Shown in pieces: positions 19,278 to 28,934 of a stretch of DNA of 64,000 nt. The notes beneath the pieces were generated by a model. The model saw only the letters and a list, made by a program, of their open reading frames with translations. It searched no databases and was not told where the DNA came from. Numbering within the stretch: position 1 is the first letter of the stretch; each line of letters begins with the position of its first letter. Source of the DNA: an uncultured Bacteroidaceae bacterium (GTDB lineage: Bacteria > Bacteroidota > Bacteroidia > Bacteroidales > GCA-2748055); the NCBI GenBank assembly GCA_964528675.1, contig CAZGTU010000014.1:2083-66082 (forward strand). Direction: 5' to 3'. The position numbers and the translations under genes are program-made.

Positions 19278-19658
19278 ATGAGCAACTCAGTAAATCCGGA
19301 AAAAGGTTATAATGACAACCAAGGTTATAAAAGGTATTGTTTTCAGTTTGCCCTGAAGGATGATTCAAAATTGATCGAAGAGTACAAATACTGGCATGAT
19401 AATAAGAATATATGGCCGGAAATTCCCTTCGGAATAAAGGAAGTGGGGATCCTTAACATGGAAATATATCTTTTGGGAACAACCATGTTTATGATCATTA
19501 ATACCAGGGAAGATTTTGATCTTGAGAATGACATGGAAAGGCTAGGTAAAATGGAAAAGCAAGAGGAATGGGAAAAATTCATGGCCAAATTTCAGGACAC
19601 AACTCCTGACGCCAAAGAAAAATGGAGACTAATGGAAAGAGTGTTTAAACTTGAATAG
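19278..19658 (+). CDS. RhaM-family (L-rhamnose/L-fucose) mutarotase-like protein
   Basis: 126 aa. YCFQFALKDDSKLIEEYKYWHDN..IWPEIPFGIKEVGILNMEIYLLGTTMFMI follows the PF05336 pattern (kpg..eeY...H...WPe....l...Gi.nysIf). Confidence 0.65.
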   Translation: MSNSVNPEKGYNDNQGYKRYCFQFALKDDSKLIEEYKYWHDNKNIWPEIPFGIKEVGILNMEIYLLGTTMFMIINTREDFDLENDMERLGKMEKQEEWEKFMAKFQDTTPDAKEKWRLMERVFKLE

Positions 19659-19723
19659 CAGCATTTTAACATACCCGGACACTGAATTGGACTATACTCG
19701 TAAAAACACTAAAATTTAATCCC

Positions 19724-20572
19724 ATGTCAAAGTTATTAGGTATTACTTGCCTGCTTATCTTTTTATTCACTGTTGTAAACACGACTGCTATATTCGGACA
19801 GACCCGGAATGAAATTGAAAAGCACACGAAAAACAGGACTGAAAGACTTGAATGGTGGAATGAGGCACCTTACGGCATGTTTATTCACTGGGGAGTATAC
19901 GCACAACTTGCCAGTGAATGGCAGGAAAAAAGAGTTGAAGATGACGGCGAATGGATCATGTACCATGGAAAAATCCAGGTAAAGGAATATGAACAGGTTG
20001 CCGCCACTTTTAACCCAGTGAAATTTAACACTGAAGAATGGGTTAAAACCACTATAGACGCCGGCATGAAGTACATTGTAATATCCGCCAAGCACTGTGA
20101 CGGCTTCGCTATGTATGATTCTGATGCAAGTAATTATAATATGTTAGACTTCACACCTTTCAACCGGGATCCGCTTATGGAACTCAGAACTGCATGCGAC
20201 AAATATGGGTTGAAACTGGGATTCTATTATTCCCACGTTTGGGACTGGCACGAGCCAAATGCAAAAGTGCTGGACAATACCTGGGATTTCCCTGAAACTG
20301 ATAAAAAGGATTCCACCGTATACTTCGAGAAAAAAGCATTCCGCAAATTAGGGAACTGGATAGTAAATATTCCCCTATATAATGTGGTTTGACGTGCCAT
20401 CAAATATTCCTGATGAAAGGAGCTTGAGATACTAAAATTAATTAGAGAAATAAAACCAGATTGCATTATTAATGACAGGCCATATGACCAGGGTTTATTT
20501 CCTTCACAATCAGTCAAAATTATCAAAAGTGTTGGAAACTGGCTTCATTCAAACGGTGAATACATTATTTAA
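19724..20572 (+). pseudogene. GH29 alpha-L-fucosidase, decayed (frameshifts plus internal and C-terminal deletions)
   Basis: The N-terminal 222 aa are intact (WWNEAPYGMFIHWGVY, ISAKHCDGFAMYDS, GFYYSHVWDW). After about 20340 the homologous reading hops frames: QIRELDSKYSPI, then MWFDVPSNIPDERS, then LEILKLIREIKPDCIINDR. It then jumps straight to SVKIIKSVGNWLHSNGEYII*. In the intact paralog at 27519 that last segment lies about 90 aa further on. The C-terminal beta-sandwich is missing. Confidence 0.8.
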
Positions 20573-20645
20573 TCCATTGAACATATGATCATTTGCTCAC
20601 TAAGCAACATGATCACCCTTACATTTTCAACTAAACTCTCTCGAT

Positions 20646-21662
20646 TTAATCCCGTCTCACCTGTTTCAAGTCTCTTAAACTATCAAACAGTATGTCCGTG
20701 GCTTTTAAAGGGTCGAACGATATTTTTGAAGTTTGCTGGTGATCAAAAACGTACCAATTCTCCTCAAATGAGTAACTTTCTCCCGGTTGAAGTCTTACTG
20801 CCGGGGAGACAGGCTCCATCTCCACGAACTGGAAATTCCCTGAATGGGCAGCATAAAATATATGCGTGTGGTTATTATCTTCCAGGTATGGCTCCCCTTC
20901 GAAATAAGCAAAAGTTTTAGCAAAAATCATTCCCTCGTAACCATATGCCATCCATCCCGTTTCTGCGTCAGTTCCGTATTTAGAATTTCCGGCAATCCCG
21001 GGAATCAACGTAAATAATGAATCAACAATATTAACACCAGGATCATTCGGATCACTCGCGAAAGTTACAGGATCACCCCAAATGTATCTTGTCCACCTGT
21101 CGGGATAATTACTATCCGGATTCAAGGGTGCGAATATTTTACCTCCCAGGTTAAGTAAAGTTCTTCCCCAAAACCAATATTGCTTTTCACTTGAGGAAAT
21201 ATTTTCCATTGTGAGAGAAATATTCAGGTACGGATGAACAGGGTCCAAGGTAAACTTCCTGTAAGATAATAATCCCAAACCTTCATCCCTGTTTGATATT
21301 TGCAAGGTGTAATCATTTATAATCTCAGCATCCCATGGACCTACCCAGAATATATCATGAACAGAGGATGTTATTTTGTCAGGGCCATAATCAAAACGCC
21401 CGGCATCCAGATGGAAATGCGCAGTCTGATAATCATCCAAATCTTTACCATCAATTGAATTATCCTCCCACATGAAATTTACACCATGTTTCTTAACCAC
21501 GAGAATCCTTCCGCCCGAGGAAGCATTAACAACTATTTCCAAAGAATCGTTCGTGATTAAATAGCAGTTTTCCCAATTACGATAAGCAATCCTGGTTATT
21601 TCAGCATGTATGTTTATAAAAATAAATAAAGCAAATACGCCGAACAAAGTTCTTCTTTTCAT
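20646..21662 (-). CDS. Secreted hypothetical protein (possibly DUF4380 / mutarotase-like beta fold)
   Basis: 338 aa with signal peptide MKRRTLFGVFALFIFINIHA, beta-rich. The family assignment is from memory only and is weak. Confidence 0.5.
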   Translation of the reverse strand: MKRRTLFGVFALFIFINIHAEITRIAYRNWENCYLITNDSLEIVVNASSGGRILVVKKHGVNFMWEDNSIDGKDLDDYQTAHFHLDAGRFDYGPDKITSSVHDIFWVGPWDAEIINDYTLQISNRDEGLGLLSYRKFTLDPVHPYLNISLTMENISSSEKQYWFWGRTLLNLGGKIFAPLNPDSNYPDRWTRYIWGDPVTFASDPNDPGVNIVDSLFTLIPGIAGNSKYGTDAETGWMAYGYEGMIFAKTFAYFEGEPYLEDNNHTHIFYAAHSGNFQFVEMEPVSPAVRLQPGESYSFEENWYVFDHQQTSKISFDPLKATDILFDSLRDLKQVRRD

Positions 21663-21966
21663 GGAATAAATTCTATATATAGCATATTACAGGTTGCGTT
21701 CAAATATAGGGTAATTCTTCCTGGATACTAATTACTACTATTACAAATTATAGCAAAATGTCTTATACCAAAAGGTTTTCATCAAATAACTGCTCTCAAA
21801 TCGTTTTAGTCATGTATGTATTTACCATCATTAACAATTTGTGTAAATCTATAGTATTTGACAATTAAAGTCTGTCACTATACAATCAAAAAATATTACA
21901 AACGTATCAGCACATCTCAGTAGTAGAAATAAAAAAGTCCTGTTCATGAAAAAATAGTTCTAAAAT

Positions 21967-21992
21967 AAGAATTGATAGTTCTATCAATTCTT
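21967..21992. promoter_or_regulatory. Perfect 11-bp inverted repeat AAGAATTGATA-GTTC-TATCAATTCTT, candidate operator
   Basis: Read directly from the sequence. It lies about 70-100 nt upstream of the SusC start (22059/22071) in the divergent intergenic region. A related site is at 31244-31263. Confidence 0.4.
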
Positions 21993-22058
21993 TTGAAAGG
22001 AATTTAACTTGCACTTGCAAAATACATTTTTGTTAATCCTGACACTACTAAATTTAAA

Positions 22059-25000
22059 ATGACTTCTAACATGCGAAAAACTATTTTACTACTATTCATG
22101 CTATGTTGTTTTTTAGCAAAACAATATGCCCAGAACGGTTTCACGGTATCAGGCCTTGTGGAGGACGAAAATGGCGAGCCCCTAATCGGGGTGAATGTCA
22201 TTGAACAAGGTACCACAAATGGTACAATTACTGATATGGATGGAAATTATTCAATTCAGGTTGCCAGTGAACAATCCGTGCTCGTTTTTTCTTTTATCGG
22301 TTATTTAAAAAAAGAAATACCTGTAGAGGGTCGATCAACCATTAATTTAAGCCTTTCCCCAATTTTGGAAGAAATAGGGGAAGTTGTGATAGTTGGCTAT
22401 GGCACACAGAGGAAAGTTGACCTTACTTCTTCGATTTCAACCATCTCCACGGAGGCAATTGATCAAACGCCCTTGCCCAATACCGAATCCTTATTGCAGG
22501 GAAAGGCTGCCGGTATCCAGGTTATGTCGAACTCAGGTTCACCCGGATCAACGGTTTCTGTTAAAGTAAGAGGGATGGTGACCCTTGGTAACAGTCAACC
22601 ATTATATGTAGTAGACGGGATTCCCATGTCATCGGGGGCAGGTGATAACGCCTTCGGGATTAACTCGCTCAATCCTAACGACATTGAATCGATCCAGGTA
22701 CTAAAAGATGCCTCATCCGCTGCAATTTACGGCTCACGCGGTTCAAATGGGGTTGTCCTGATCACTACCAAAAGGGGGAAATCAGGCAAAATGAATGTTA
22801 ATTTCAATGCATATTATGGTATTCAGACACAGGCCAGAAAGATTAATGTTCTTAACAAACAACAATTCAAGGAGTACTATGATCTTGTAGGAACCGTTTC
22901 TTATGCTGACCTTAATGATCCGGAGGCTTATGCAGAACTTCCCGATTTTGACTGGCAGGACGAGATATTTTCCAATAGTCCCATGTCAAATATGCAATTA
23001 TCTGTTTCAGGTGGTTCGGAAAAGTCAAATTATATGATGAGCGCCGCAAATACATCACAAACAGGTATGGTAAACACCTCCAACTACAATCGCACAAATT
23101 TCAGAATTAACTCAGATCATAACGTAAATAACTGGTTAAAGATAGGTGAAAGCTTTATGGTGAGTTATTCGAAGCGTGATAGAGTACAGGAATCGGGTAC
23201 AGGGTTTAATGGCATAACCGCCAACCCCGTGGTGACTGCTCTTTTATCAGACCCCATGACTGAAGCATATAATGAACTGGGTGAATGGAACTACATGCGT
23301 CATACCGGTACCTTCAATGCTGCCGGTCTTAGGGATAGAGCAAATTACACCTACCGGAACAAGAAACTAAATGGTAATATCTACGGGGAAGTTTCATTTC
23401 TAAAAGATTTCAAAATAAAATCCAATCTTGGAGTAGACTATAACCTTGGTGAGGTAAGAGAATTTATGCCTGCATTCGAGGTAAAGGGTTCTCCCTTAAA
23501 TGAAGCTCAGTTAGTGCCGACACTAAAACAATATGATCAGCATACCACCTACCTGATAATGGAGAACACACTTACGTATAAAAAGTTGATTGAGAGACAT
23601 TCAATTACCGTATTGGCAGGACAAACCGTTGAAACCAACCAATTTTATGATATTGGCGGGAAAAACAGCAGCATGCCTGGTAATGCTGAAAACCTGCGAT
23701 ATATCAATGCAGGGGATCCTTCTGATATACAACTATGGGGTGGGGCAACGGAATGGAGAATGTTCTCTTACCTGGGAAGGATTAATTATGCTTTTGACAA
23801 TCGTTATCTGCTTACAGCTTCTGTCAGACAGGATGCATCTTCAAGATTTGGACCAGACCAGCGCAAGGGTATTTTCCCTGCTTTTTCAGTTGGATGGAGA
23901 ATAAAGAAAGAGAGTTTCCTGGAAGATGTTGACTGGTTATACAATGCAAAAATAAGGTTTGGCTGGGGTCAGGTGGGTAACCAAAACAACATCGGCAACT
24001 TCAGTTATAACACCCCAATTGCTCTAAATGCCAATTATCTTTTTGGCGATCCAAAAATTTTATTTACCGGGGTTACAGCAGGTATTAACTATCAGGGTTA
24101 TGGTGGTAGAAGTGGTGGCAAACCGGGCAACAAATCTCTCACCTGGGAAACTACCCAAACAACGAATATTGGGGTTGATCTGGACTTTTTCGATGGCCGG
24201 TTATCATTCACGTCAGACTGGTTTTACCGGGACAATACCGGAATGCTCCTCACGAGTTCAGTGCCTTCTTACCTTGGCATAATCGGGCCAGATATAAATG
24301 GTGGAAAAATCACCAACCAGGGACTTGAGTTTGAATTGGGATATCACAAATCCGAAGGTTCACTTTTGATTGATATATCGGGTAACCTGACTTATATCTC
24401 CACCAATGTTGTTGATCTTGGCGAATCAACTTCTTCTAATATTTTTAGTTCAAATAATATACAGGGGAATTTTTTATCCAGGACTATGGAAGGAGGAGGC
24501 ATTGCCGATTTCTGGGGATATAAAACCGATGGTATCTACCGAACACTTGAGGAACTTCAGAATGGCGCGCTGCAGCAAAATGCACAGGTAGGTGATATTC
24601 GCTTTGTTGATGCAGACGGAGATGGTATTATTACAAATAATGACCAGACAGTGCTTGACAGTCCTATACCCAAGTATACATATGGGCTCACAGGAAATTT
24701 CGGATTCAAAAATTTCGAACTGAACCTTTTCTTACAGGGATATTATGATTTTATGGTGTATAATAATATGTACCGCCTCATGATGGGAAGGTTTGGCCTA
24801 AACAAACACGAAGATATTCTGAATTCCTGGACTCCGGATAATACGAATACCGATATTCCCAGGTTTGAAGAAACATCAAGAAATCAGAACGACAGGGTTT
24901 TAAGTGATCGTTGGCTTCAGGATGGTTCATTTTTAAGGTTGCGCACGATATCATTAGGATATAACCTGCCTGCAGGATTTGCCTCAATGTTAAATGTCGC

Positions 25001-25178
25001 AAATTTTAAACTCTATACAACTGTTCAGAATGCATTTGTCCTGACGAAATACAAGGGTTTCGATCCTGAGATTTCTGAAGATGTTAGTTGGGGAGAAAAT
25101 TACCTGGATCTTGGAGTTGACAATGGTAATTATCCTCAACCGAGGATTTATTTAGTTGGTTTAAATATTACCTTTTAA
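22059..25178 (+). CDS. SusC-like TonB-dependent outer membrane transporter
   Basis: 1039 aa. N-terminal CarboxypepD_reg-like domain (FTVSGLVEDENGEPLIGVNVIEQGTTNGTITDMDGNY) and a plug (IESIQVLKDASSAAIYGSRGSNGVVLITTKRGK). Ends in an aromatic residue (ITF). The probable start is the ATG at 22071 (MRKTILLLFML). Confidence 0.95.
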   Translation: MTSNMRKTILLLFMLCCFLAKQYAQNGFTVSGLVEDENGEPLIGVNVIEQGTTNGTITDMDGNYSIQVASEQSVLVFSFIGYLKKEIPVEGRSTINLSLSPILEEIGEVVIVGYGTQRKVDLTSSISTISTEAIDQTPLPNTESLLQGKAAGIQVMSNSGSPGSTVSVKVRGMVTLGNSQPLYVVDGIPMSSGAGDNAFGINSLNPNDIESIQVLKDASSAAIYGSRGSNGVVLITTKRGKSGKMNVNFNAYYGIQTQARKINVLNKQQFKEYYDLVGTVSYADLNDPEAYAELPDFDWQDEIFSNSPMSNMQLSVSGGSEKSNYMMSAANTSQTGMVNTSNYNRTNFRINSDHNVNNWLKIGESFMVSYSKRDRVQESGTGFNGITANPVVTALLSDPMTEAYNELGEWNYMRHTGTFNAAGLRDRANYTYRNKKLNGNIYGEVSFLKDFKIKSNLGVDYNLGEVREFMPAFEVKGSPLNEAQLVPTLKQYDQHTTYLIMENTLTYKKLIERHSITVLAGQTVETNQFYDIGGKNSSMPGNAENLRYINAGDPSDIQLWGGATEWRMFSYLGRINYAFDNRYLLTASVRQDASSRFGPDQRKGIFPAFSVGWRIKKESFLEDVDWLYNAKIRFGWGQVGNQNNIGNFSYNTPIALNANYLFGDPKILFTGVTAGINYQGYGGRSGGKPGNKSLTWETTQTTNIGVDLDFFDGRLSFTSDWFYRDNTGMLLTSSVPSYLGIIGPDINGGKITNQGLEFELGYHKSEGSLLIDISGNLTYISTNVVDLGESTSSNIFSSNNIQGNFLSRTMEGGGIADFWGYKTDGIYRTLEELQNGALQQNAQVGDIRFVDADGDGIITNNDQTVLDSPIPKYTYGLTGNFGFKNFELNLFLQGYYDFMVYNNMYRLMMGRFGLNKHEDILNSWTPDNTNTDIPRFEETSRNQNDRVLSDRWLQDGSFLRLRTISLGYNLPAGFASMLNVANFKLYTTVQNAFVLTKYKGFDPEISEDVSWGENYLDLGVDNGNYPQPRIYLVGLNITF

Positions 25179-25186
25179 TCTTAAAA

Positions 25187-26833
25187 ATGCAAAAAATGAA
25201 TACATTAAAAATATTCGCAACAATCCTGGGTATAGCAAGCCTCCTTTCACAGTCATGCCAGGAGAGTTTTCTCGAACTAAAAGAACCGGTTAACCCTGTC
25301 CTTGAAACATATTACACCGACTCGGCAACTGCATTTAACGGGCTTGTGGGGTGCTATAACTCATTAACTATGGTGCCTAATCCGGAGGGAAAAATGATAC
25401 TCTTTTTCTTACTTGATACCCGATCTGATGATACTGACTATGCAGGAAACCCAAGGGGTGCCGTGGAAGAACAAAACTATGACCGCGCCGCAGGATTCGC
25501 CAATTTCGATATCTATTCCGACAACAGGTGGGCTGACCATTTATGGAGATACTGTTACATGGGAATTAATACCATAAACAAATATATTGAAGGATTAGAA
25601 GCTGTAGATTTTCCCATCTCACAACAGCCCCTGATCGACCAGTTCAAGGCAGAAGTCTTGTTCATGAGGGCCTATTATTATTTTCACCTGGTTAAAAATT
25701 TCGGACCTGTCATTCTTTACACCAACTCTCTGAATGAAGATGAATGGTACAATCAAAGAAGACAGGAAGAGAGCCTGGTTTACGAGCAGATATTTACGGA
25801 TCTGCGGGAGGCCATTCCCCTGCTCCCCCTGAAAAGTGAATACGGTGCTGACAATTACGGCCGTATAACAAAAGCCGCGGCACAGACCCTCCTTGCGAAA
25901 GCATTGATTACCGAGGCCGAATTGGATGGCTCAAGCCCTAACTGGCAGGAGGCATATGACCTGTGTAAAAGTGTTGAACAATCTGGAGAATATGATTTGA
26001 ACACACTATTCACCGACATGTTTACAGTAGCAGGCCAGTTCAGCAGCGGGTTCATCTTTGATATTCTTTCGGAAGAGTCAATTAATTCGGAAAATGACAG
26101 TTATATTCATTATGTTAGCCCGCGATACATCTTTATAGATGGTGTGCCGGATCATTCGAGAAAGATGGAGTTCGGATTCGGTTTGGCCGGTATAACTGAA
26201 GAATTGGCCAATCAATTCGGTTATCATCATGATGATGATAGTCTTACATTCGTCAACCTGAATGACAGCAGGGGTAAATTCACCTTCAGAACACGGTGGG
26301 ACAAGTATGACGGGTACACCGTTGTTGATAATCTTACAGGACATGAAGAAACGAGAAACCCGCATAACACCGACGATGCTAACTATTATCAGCGAAAATA
26401 CAACCGGGAAACAATTTCCAGCCAATACCACAAAGCAGGGGCTAATTATCATGTAATCAGGTATGCCGAAACATTGCTTCTGGGCGCCGAGGCTGCATAT
26501 TATTTAAACAATGAAGAGGAAGCAAAGCGCTTAGTAAACCTGGTAAGAGAGAGAGCGTTCAGACCGGCTATTCAGGAAGGCCGTGTTACCCTGAATGATA
26601 TACAAATTAACTCATCAGGTAATGCTCTGCTTGAAGATATATGGCAGGAAAGAAGGCTTGAGCTGGCTGGTGAAAATGACAGGTTTTATGATTTAAAAAG
26701 AACACACAGGTTACACATCCTTAAAGAGAAAAAACCAGAAATATTTTTCCAGGAAGGTAAACACGAGCTGTTGCCAATTCCGTATACTGAACTGGCACTG
26801 GCACCTAATTTAACTCAAAATCCAGGGTATTAA
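25187..26833 (+). CDS. SusD/RagB-family glycan-binding lipoprotein
   Basis: 548 aa, immediately after SusC. Lipobox-like LLSQSC, and RFYDLKR and NPGY near the C-terminus. Confidence 0.9.
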   Translation: MQKMNTLKIFATILGIASLLSQSCQESFLELKEPVNPVLETYYTDSATAFNGLVGCYNSLTMVPNPEGKMILFFLLDTRSDDTDYAGNPRGAVEEQNYDRAAGFANFDIYSDNRWADHLWRYCYMGINTINKYIEGLEAVDFPISQQPLIDQFKAEVLFMRAYYYFHLVKNFGPVILYTNSLNEDEWYNQRRQEESLVYEQIFTDLREAIPLLPLKSEYGADNYGRITKAAAQTLLAKALITEAELDGSSPNWQEAYDLCKSVEQSGEYDLNTLFTDMFTVAGQFSSGFIFDILSEESINSENDSYIHYVSPRYIFIDGVPDHSRKMEFGFGLAGITEELANQFGYHHDDDSLTFVNLNDSRGKFTFRTRWDKYDGYTVVDNLTGHEETRNPHNTDDANYYQRKYNRETISSQYHKAGANYHVIRYAETLLLGAEAAYYLNNEEEAKRLVNLVRERAFRPAIQEGRVTLNDIQINSSGNALLEDIWQERRLELAGENDRFYDLKRTHRLHILKEKKPEIFFQEGKHELLPIPYTELALAPNLTQNPGY

Positions 26834-26850
26834 ACTAAAACAATAAAGCA

Positions 26851-27339
26851 ATGAAAAGCATTATTATATCCATTATTTCTGCTACATTTTTGTTTTTTAT
26901 CTCTTGTAGCAAAGAACTTGAAAACCCAAGTGCCGACTTTAAAATTGAAGTTGATACCATTATCGATGATATAAAGCAAAGAATTGAAGTTGACAATGTG
27001 AAGGTGGGTGAAAAAGTTTTTTTTGTCTCCCAAAACAACAGCATGTTCAGTAGTATTTGGACAGGAGATTCAACATCCTCAAGAAGGGGCACTACTTACC
27101 ATGATTATAACAGCTGTGATAGTGAAATTAAGCTAAGAACTACCATCAGGGATAACGATACATCATATTTTCAGCTATCAAAAGCATGTTTCGGGGAGGC
27201 ACTTCCATTTGGTTCCGCGGAAATGGGATATACCTACGAATTCCCCGGTACGTACACGATTACCTGGGTAGCCTCAAACCGTAATGCGGATGAAACCAAA
27301 ACGGTAACTTCGTCAAAGGAAATAACGGTGAGTGAGTAA
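26851..27339 (+). CDS. Small PUL-associated lipoprotein with PKD/Ig-like C-terminal motif
   Basis: 162 aa. Signal plus lipobox FFISCSKE. FPGTYTITWVASN resembles the PKD GtYtvtL motif. Its position after SusD is typical of surface glycan-binding proteins. Confidence 0.55.
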   Translation: MKSIIISIISATFLFFISCSKELENPSADFKIEVDTIIDDIKQRIEVDNVKVGEKVFFVSQNNSMFSSIWTGDSTSSRRGTTYHDYNSCDSEIKLRTTIRDNDTSYFQLSKACFGEALPFGSAEMGYTYEFPGTYTITWVASNRNADETKTVTSSKEITVSE

Positions 27340-27377
27340 GCCTGATTCAGATTATATAAATACGAGTAAACTGCGCT

Positions 27378-27444
27378 CATCCCTCTGTTTGCCCCACCCA
27401 AACCCATCCTCGGGATGGGTTTGGGTGGGGCAAACAGAGGGATG
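27378..27444. repeat. Perfect 32-bp-stem / 3-nt-loop hairpin between convergent genes
   Basis: CATCCCTCTGTTTGCCCCACCCAAACCCATCC-TCG-GGATGGGTTTGGGTGGGGCAAACAGAGGGATG, read directly. No flanking U-tract. The left arm recurs at 48130-48160. Confidence 0.8.
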
Positions 27445-27518
27445 CTTTCAGGTAGTAAGTTCTTTTAAAAGGTAGATCCTTTTAAGACCTCCCGCTAAAA
27501 TATATTACATTTTGAAAA

Positions 27519-28931
27519 CTATTCCATCAAGATAAGTTTGATTACCGTGTCTGTTTTATCAGGTAACAAAATAGTATGTTGTGCAGGATCTTCAATGAAG
27601 TTGATAAATAAATCAGATTCATCAATGTAAGATCTTTCACCATGCCAGAAGTCAGCCATGAACATTTCCGTATCATCTCTCAAAAGAGTTGCCGATTCAA
27701 CCTTATTTTTAAGCCCCTCCAGGCATATTTGCCCTATGGATTGATCAAAAACATGGGCGTACAACAGCTTACCTTTTTGGGTGTAGCGACCCCATTCGGG
27801 CTTTTCAAATTCAGCGGCCTCACAGTCGTATATGCTTTCCGCGTTTTCTTCCATCCACTGACCAGTTTCTTTTAGCACTTTTACAGATTCCATGGGTATT
27901 CTGCCACGGGCATCGGGGCCAACATTAAGCAAAAGATTTCCGCCTTTTGAAACACAATTTACCAGCGTTTTTATCACCGTCCCGGCCGATTTATATTCAT
28001 CATCATTTCTTGCGTACCCCCAGTTATTATTTAAGGTAATACAAGCTTCCCACGGAATAGGCCTGCCCAGTTCATCTACTATGGGGCCTTTGGGTATAAT
28101 TTGTTCAGGTCCTTCAAAATCACCGGCATAATATTCCGGGTTTTCCAGTTCCATATTGCCCCCCAGCCTGTTATCAATGATAATTCCGGGTTGCAGTTCC
28201 CGGGTCATCTTAACTAATTTGGTTGCTTCCCATTTTTCTCCTGTCATTTCACCACAACTGAAATCGAACCACATGATATCAATTTTTCCGTAATTGGTAA
28301 GTAATTCCCGTGTTTGGTTATGCATATATTCCAGGTAGGAATTGAAATCCCTGTCTTCATTGCTATATCCTTCTTTTCCGGTCATGGGATGTATAACGCA
28401 GTCGCCATCAACAGGATAACCCGGATGATGCCAGTCGAGCAAAGAATAATAGAAACCTATTTTTAACCCTTCTGCCCTGAATGCATCCACGAATTCGCGG
28501 ATTAAATCACGCCCTGCAGGTGTATTGGTTGCTTTATAATCAGTGTATTTGCTATCAAATAAGCAAAATCCATCATGATGCTTGGCAGTAATAACCGCGT
28601 ATTTCATTCCTGCCTGTTTTGCCAGCTTTGCCCATTCGGCCGGGTTGTAATCAACCGGGTCAAAATTCTCGAAATACTCACGATACTCTTCATCGGTCAT
28701 TTTTTCCTGATACTTCACCCATTCTCCCCTGGCAGGTATAGCATAAATTCCCCAGTGGATGAACATGCCGAAGCGGGCGTCGCGGAACCATTCGGTTCGT
28801 TCTTGTCTTTCAGCATAGGATCCTTCCTTGTTTTCCTGTCCGGAAACATTGCTCATTACTAACATAATTGTCATACAAGTGATAAAAATTTTGTTTTTCA
28901 TGGATAATATTTTATAAATTTTTGTTTTCAT
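27519..28931 (-). CDS. GH29 alpha-L-fucosidase, secreted
   Basis: 470 aa. Motifs WFRDARFGMFIHWGIYAIP, ITAKHHDGFCLFDS and GFYYSLLDWHHP. Signal peptide; the start is 28931 or the ATG at 28901. Confidence 0.9.
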   Translation of the reverse strand: MKTKIYKILSMKNKIFITCMTIMLVMSNVSGQENKEGSYAERQERTEWFRDARFGMFIHWGIYAIPARGEWVKYQEKMTDEEYREYFENFDPVDYNPAEWAKLAKQAGMKYAVITAKHHDGFCLFDSKYTDYKATNTPAGRDLIREFVDAFRAEGLKIGFYYSLLDWHHPGYPVDGDCVIHPMTGKEGYSNEDRDFNSYLEYMHNQTRELLTNYGKIDIMWFDFSCGEMTGEKWEATKLVKMTRELQPGIIIDNRLGGNMELENPEYYAGDFEGPEQIIPKGPIVDELGRPIPWEACITLNNNWGYARNDDEYKSAGTVIKTLVNCVSKGGNLLLNVGPDARGRIPMESVKVLKETGQWMEENAESIYDCEAAEFEKPEWGRYTQKGKLLYAHVFDQSIGQICLEGLKNKVESATLLRDDTEMFMADFWHGERSYIDESDLFINFIEDPAQHTILLPDKTDTVIKLILME

Positions 28932-28934
28932 TAT

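Noticed and set aside
20585-20920. 111-aa plus-strand ORF
   Set aside because: It overlaps the 3' end of the better-supported minus-strand gene 20646-21662 and the tail of the GH29 pseudogene. It has no motifs.
22008-22019. TTGCA-CT-TGCAA mini-palindrome just before SusC-1
   Set aside because: The arms are only 5 bp, which is expected by chance in this sequence. It may simply be part of the promoter.
21663-22058. Cobalamin riboswitch upstream of the SusC-type transporters, expected if the URO-D-like genes were corrinoid-dependent
   Set aside because: The intergenic regions before both SusC genes (also 31174-31326) are AT-rich, with no GC-rich B12-box-like core. Nothing resembles a riboswitch.
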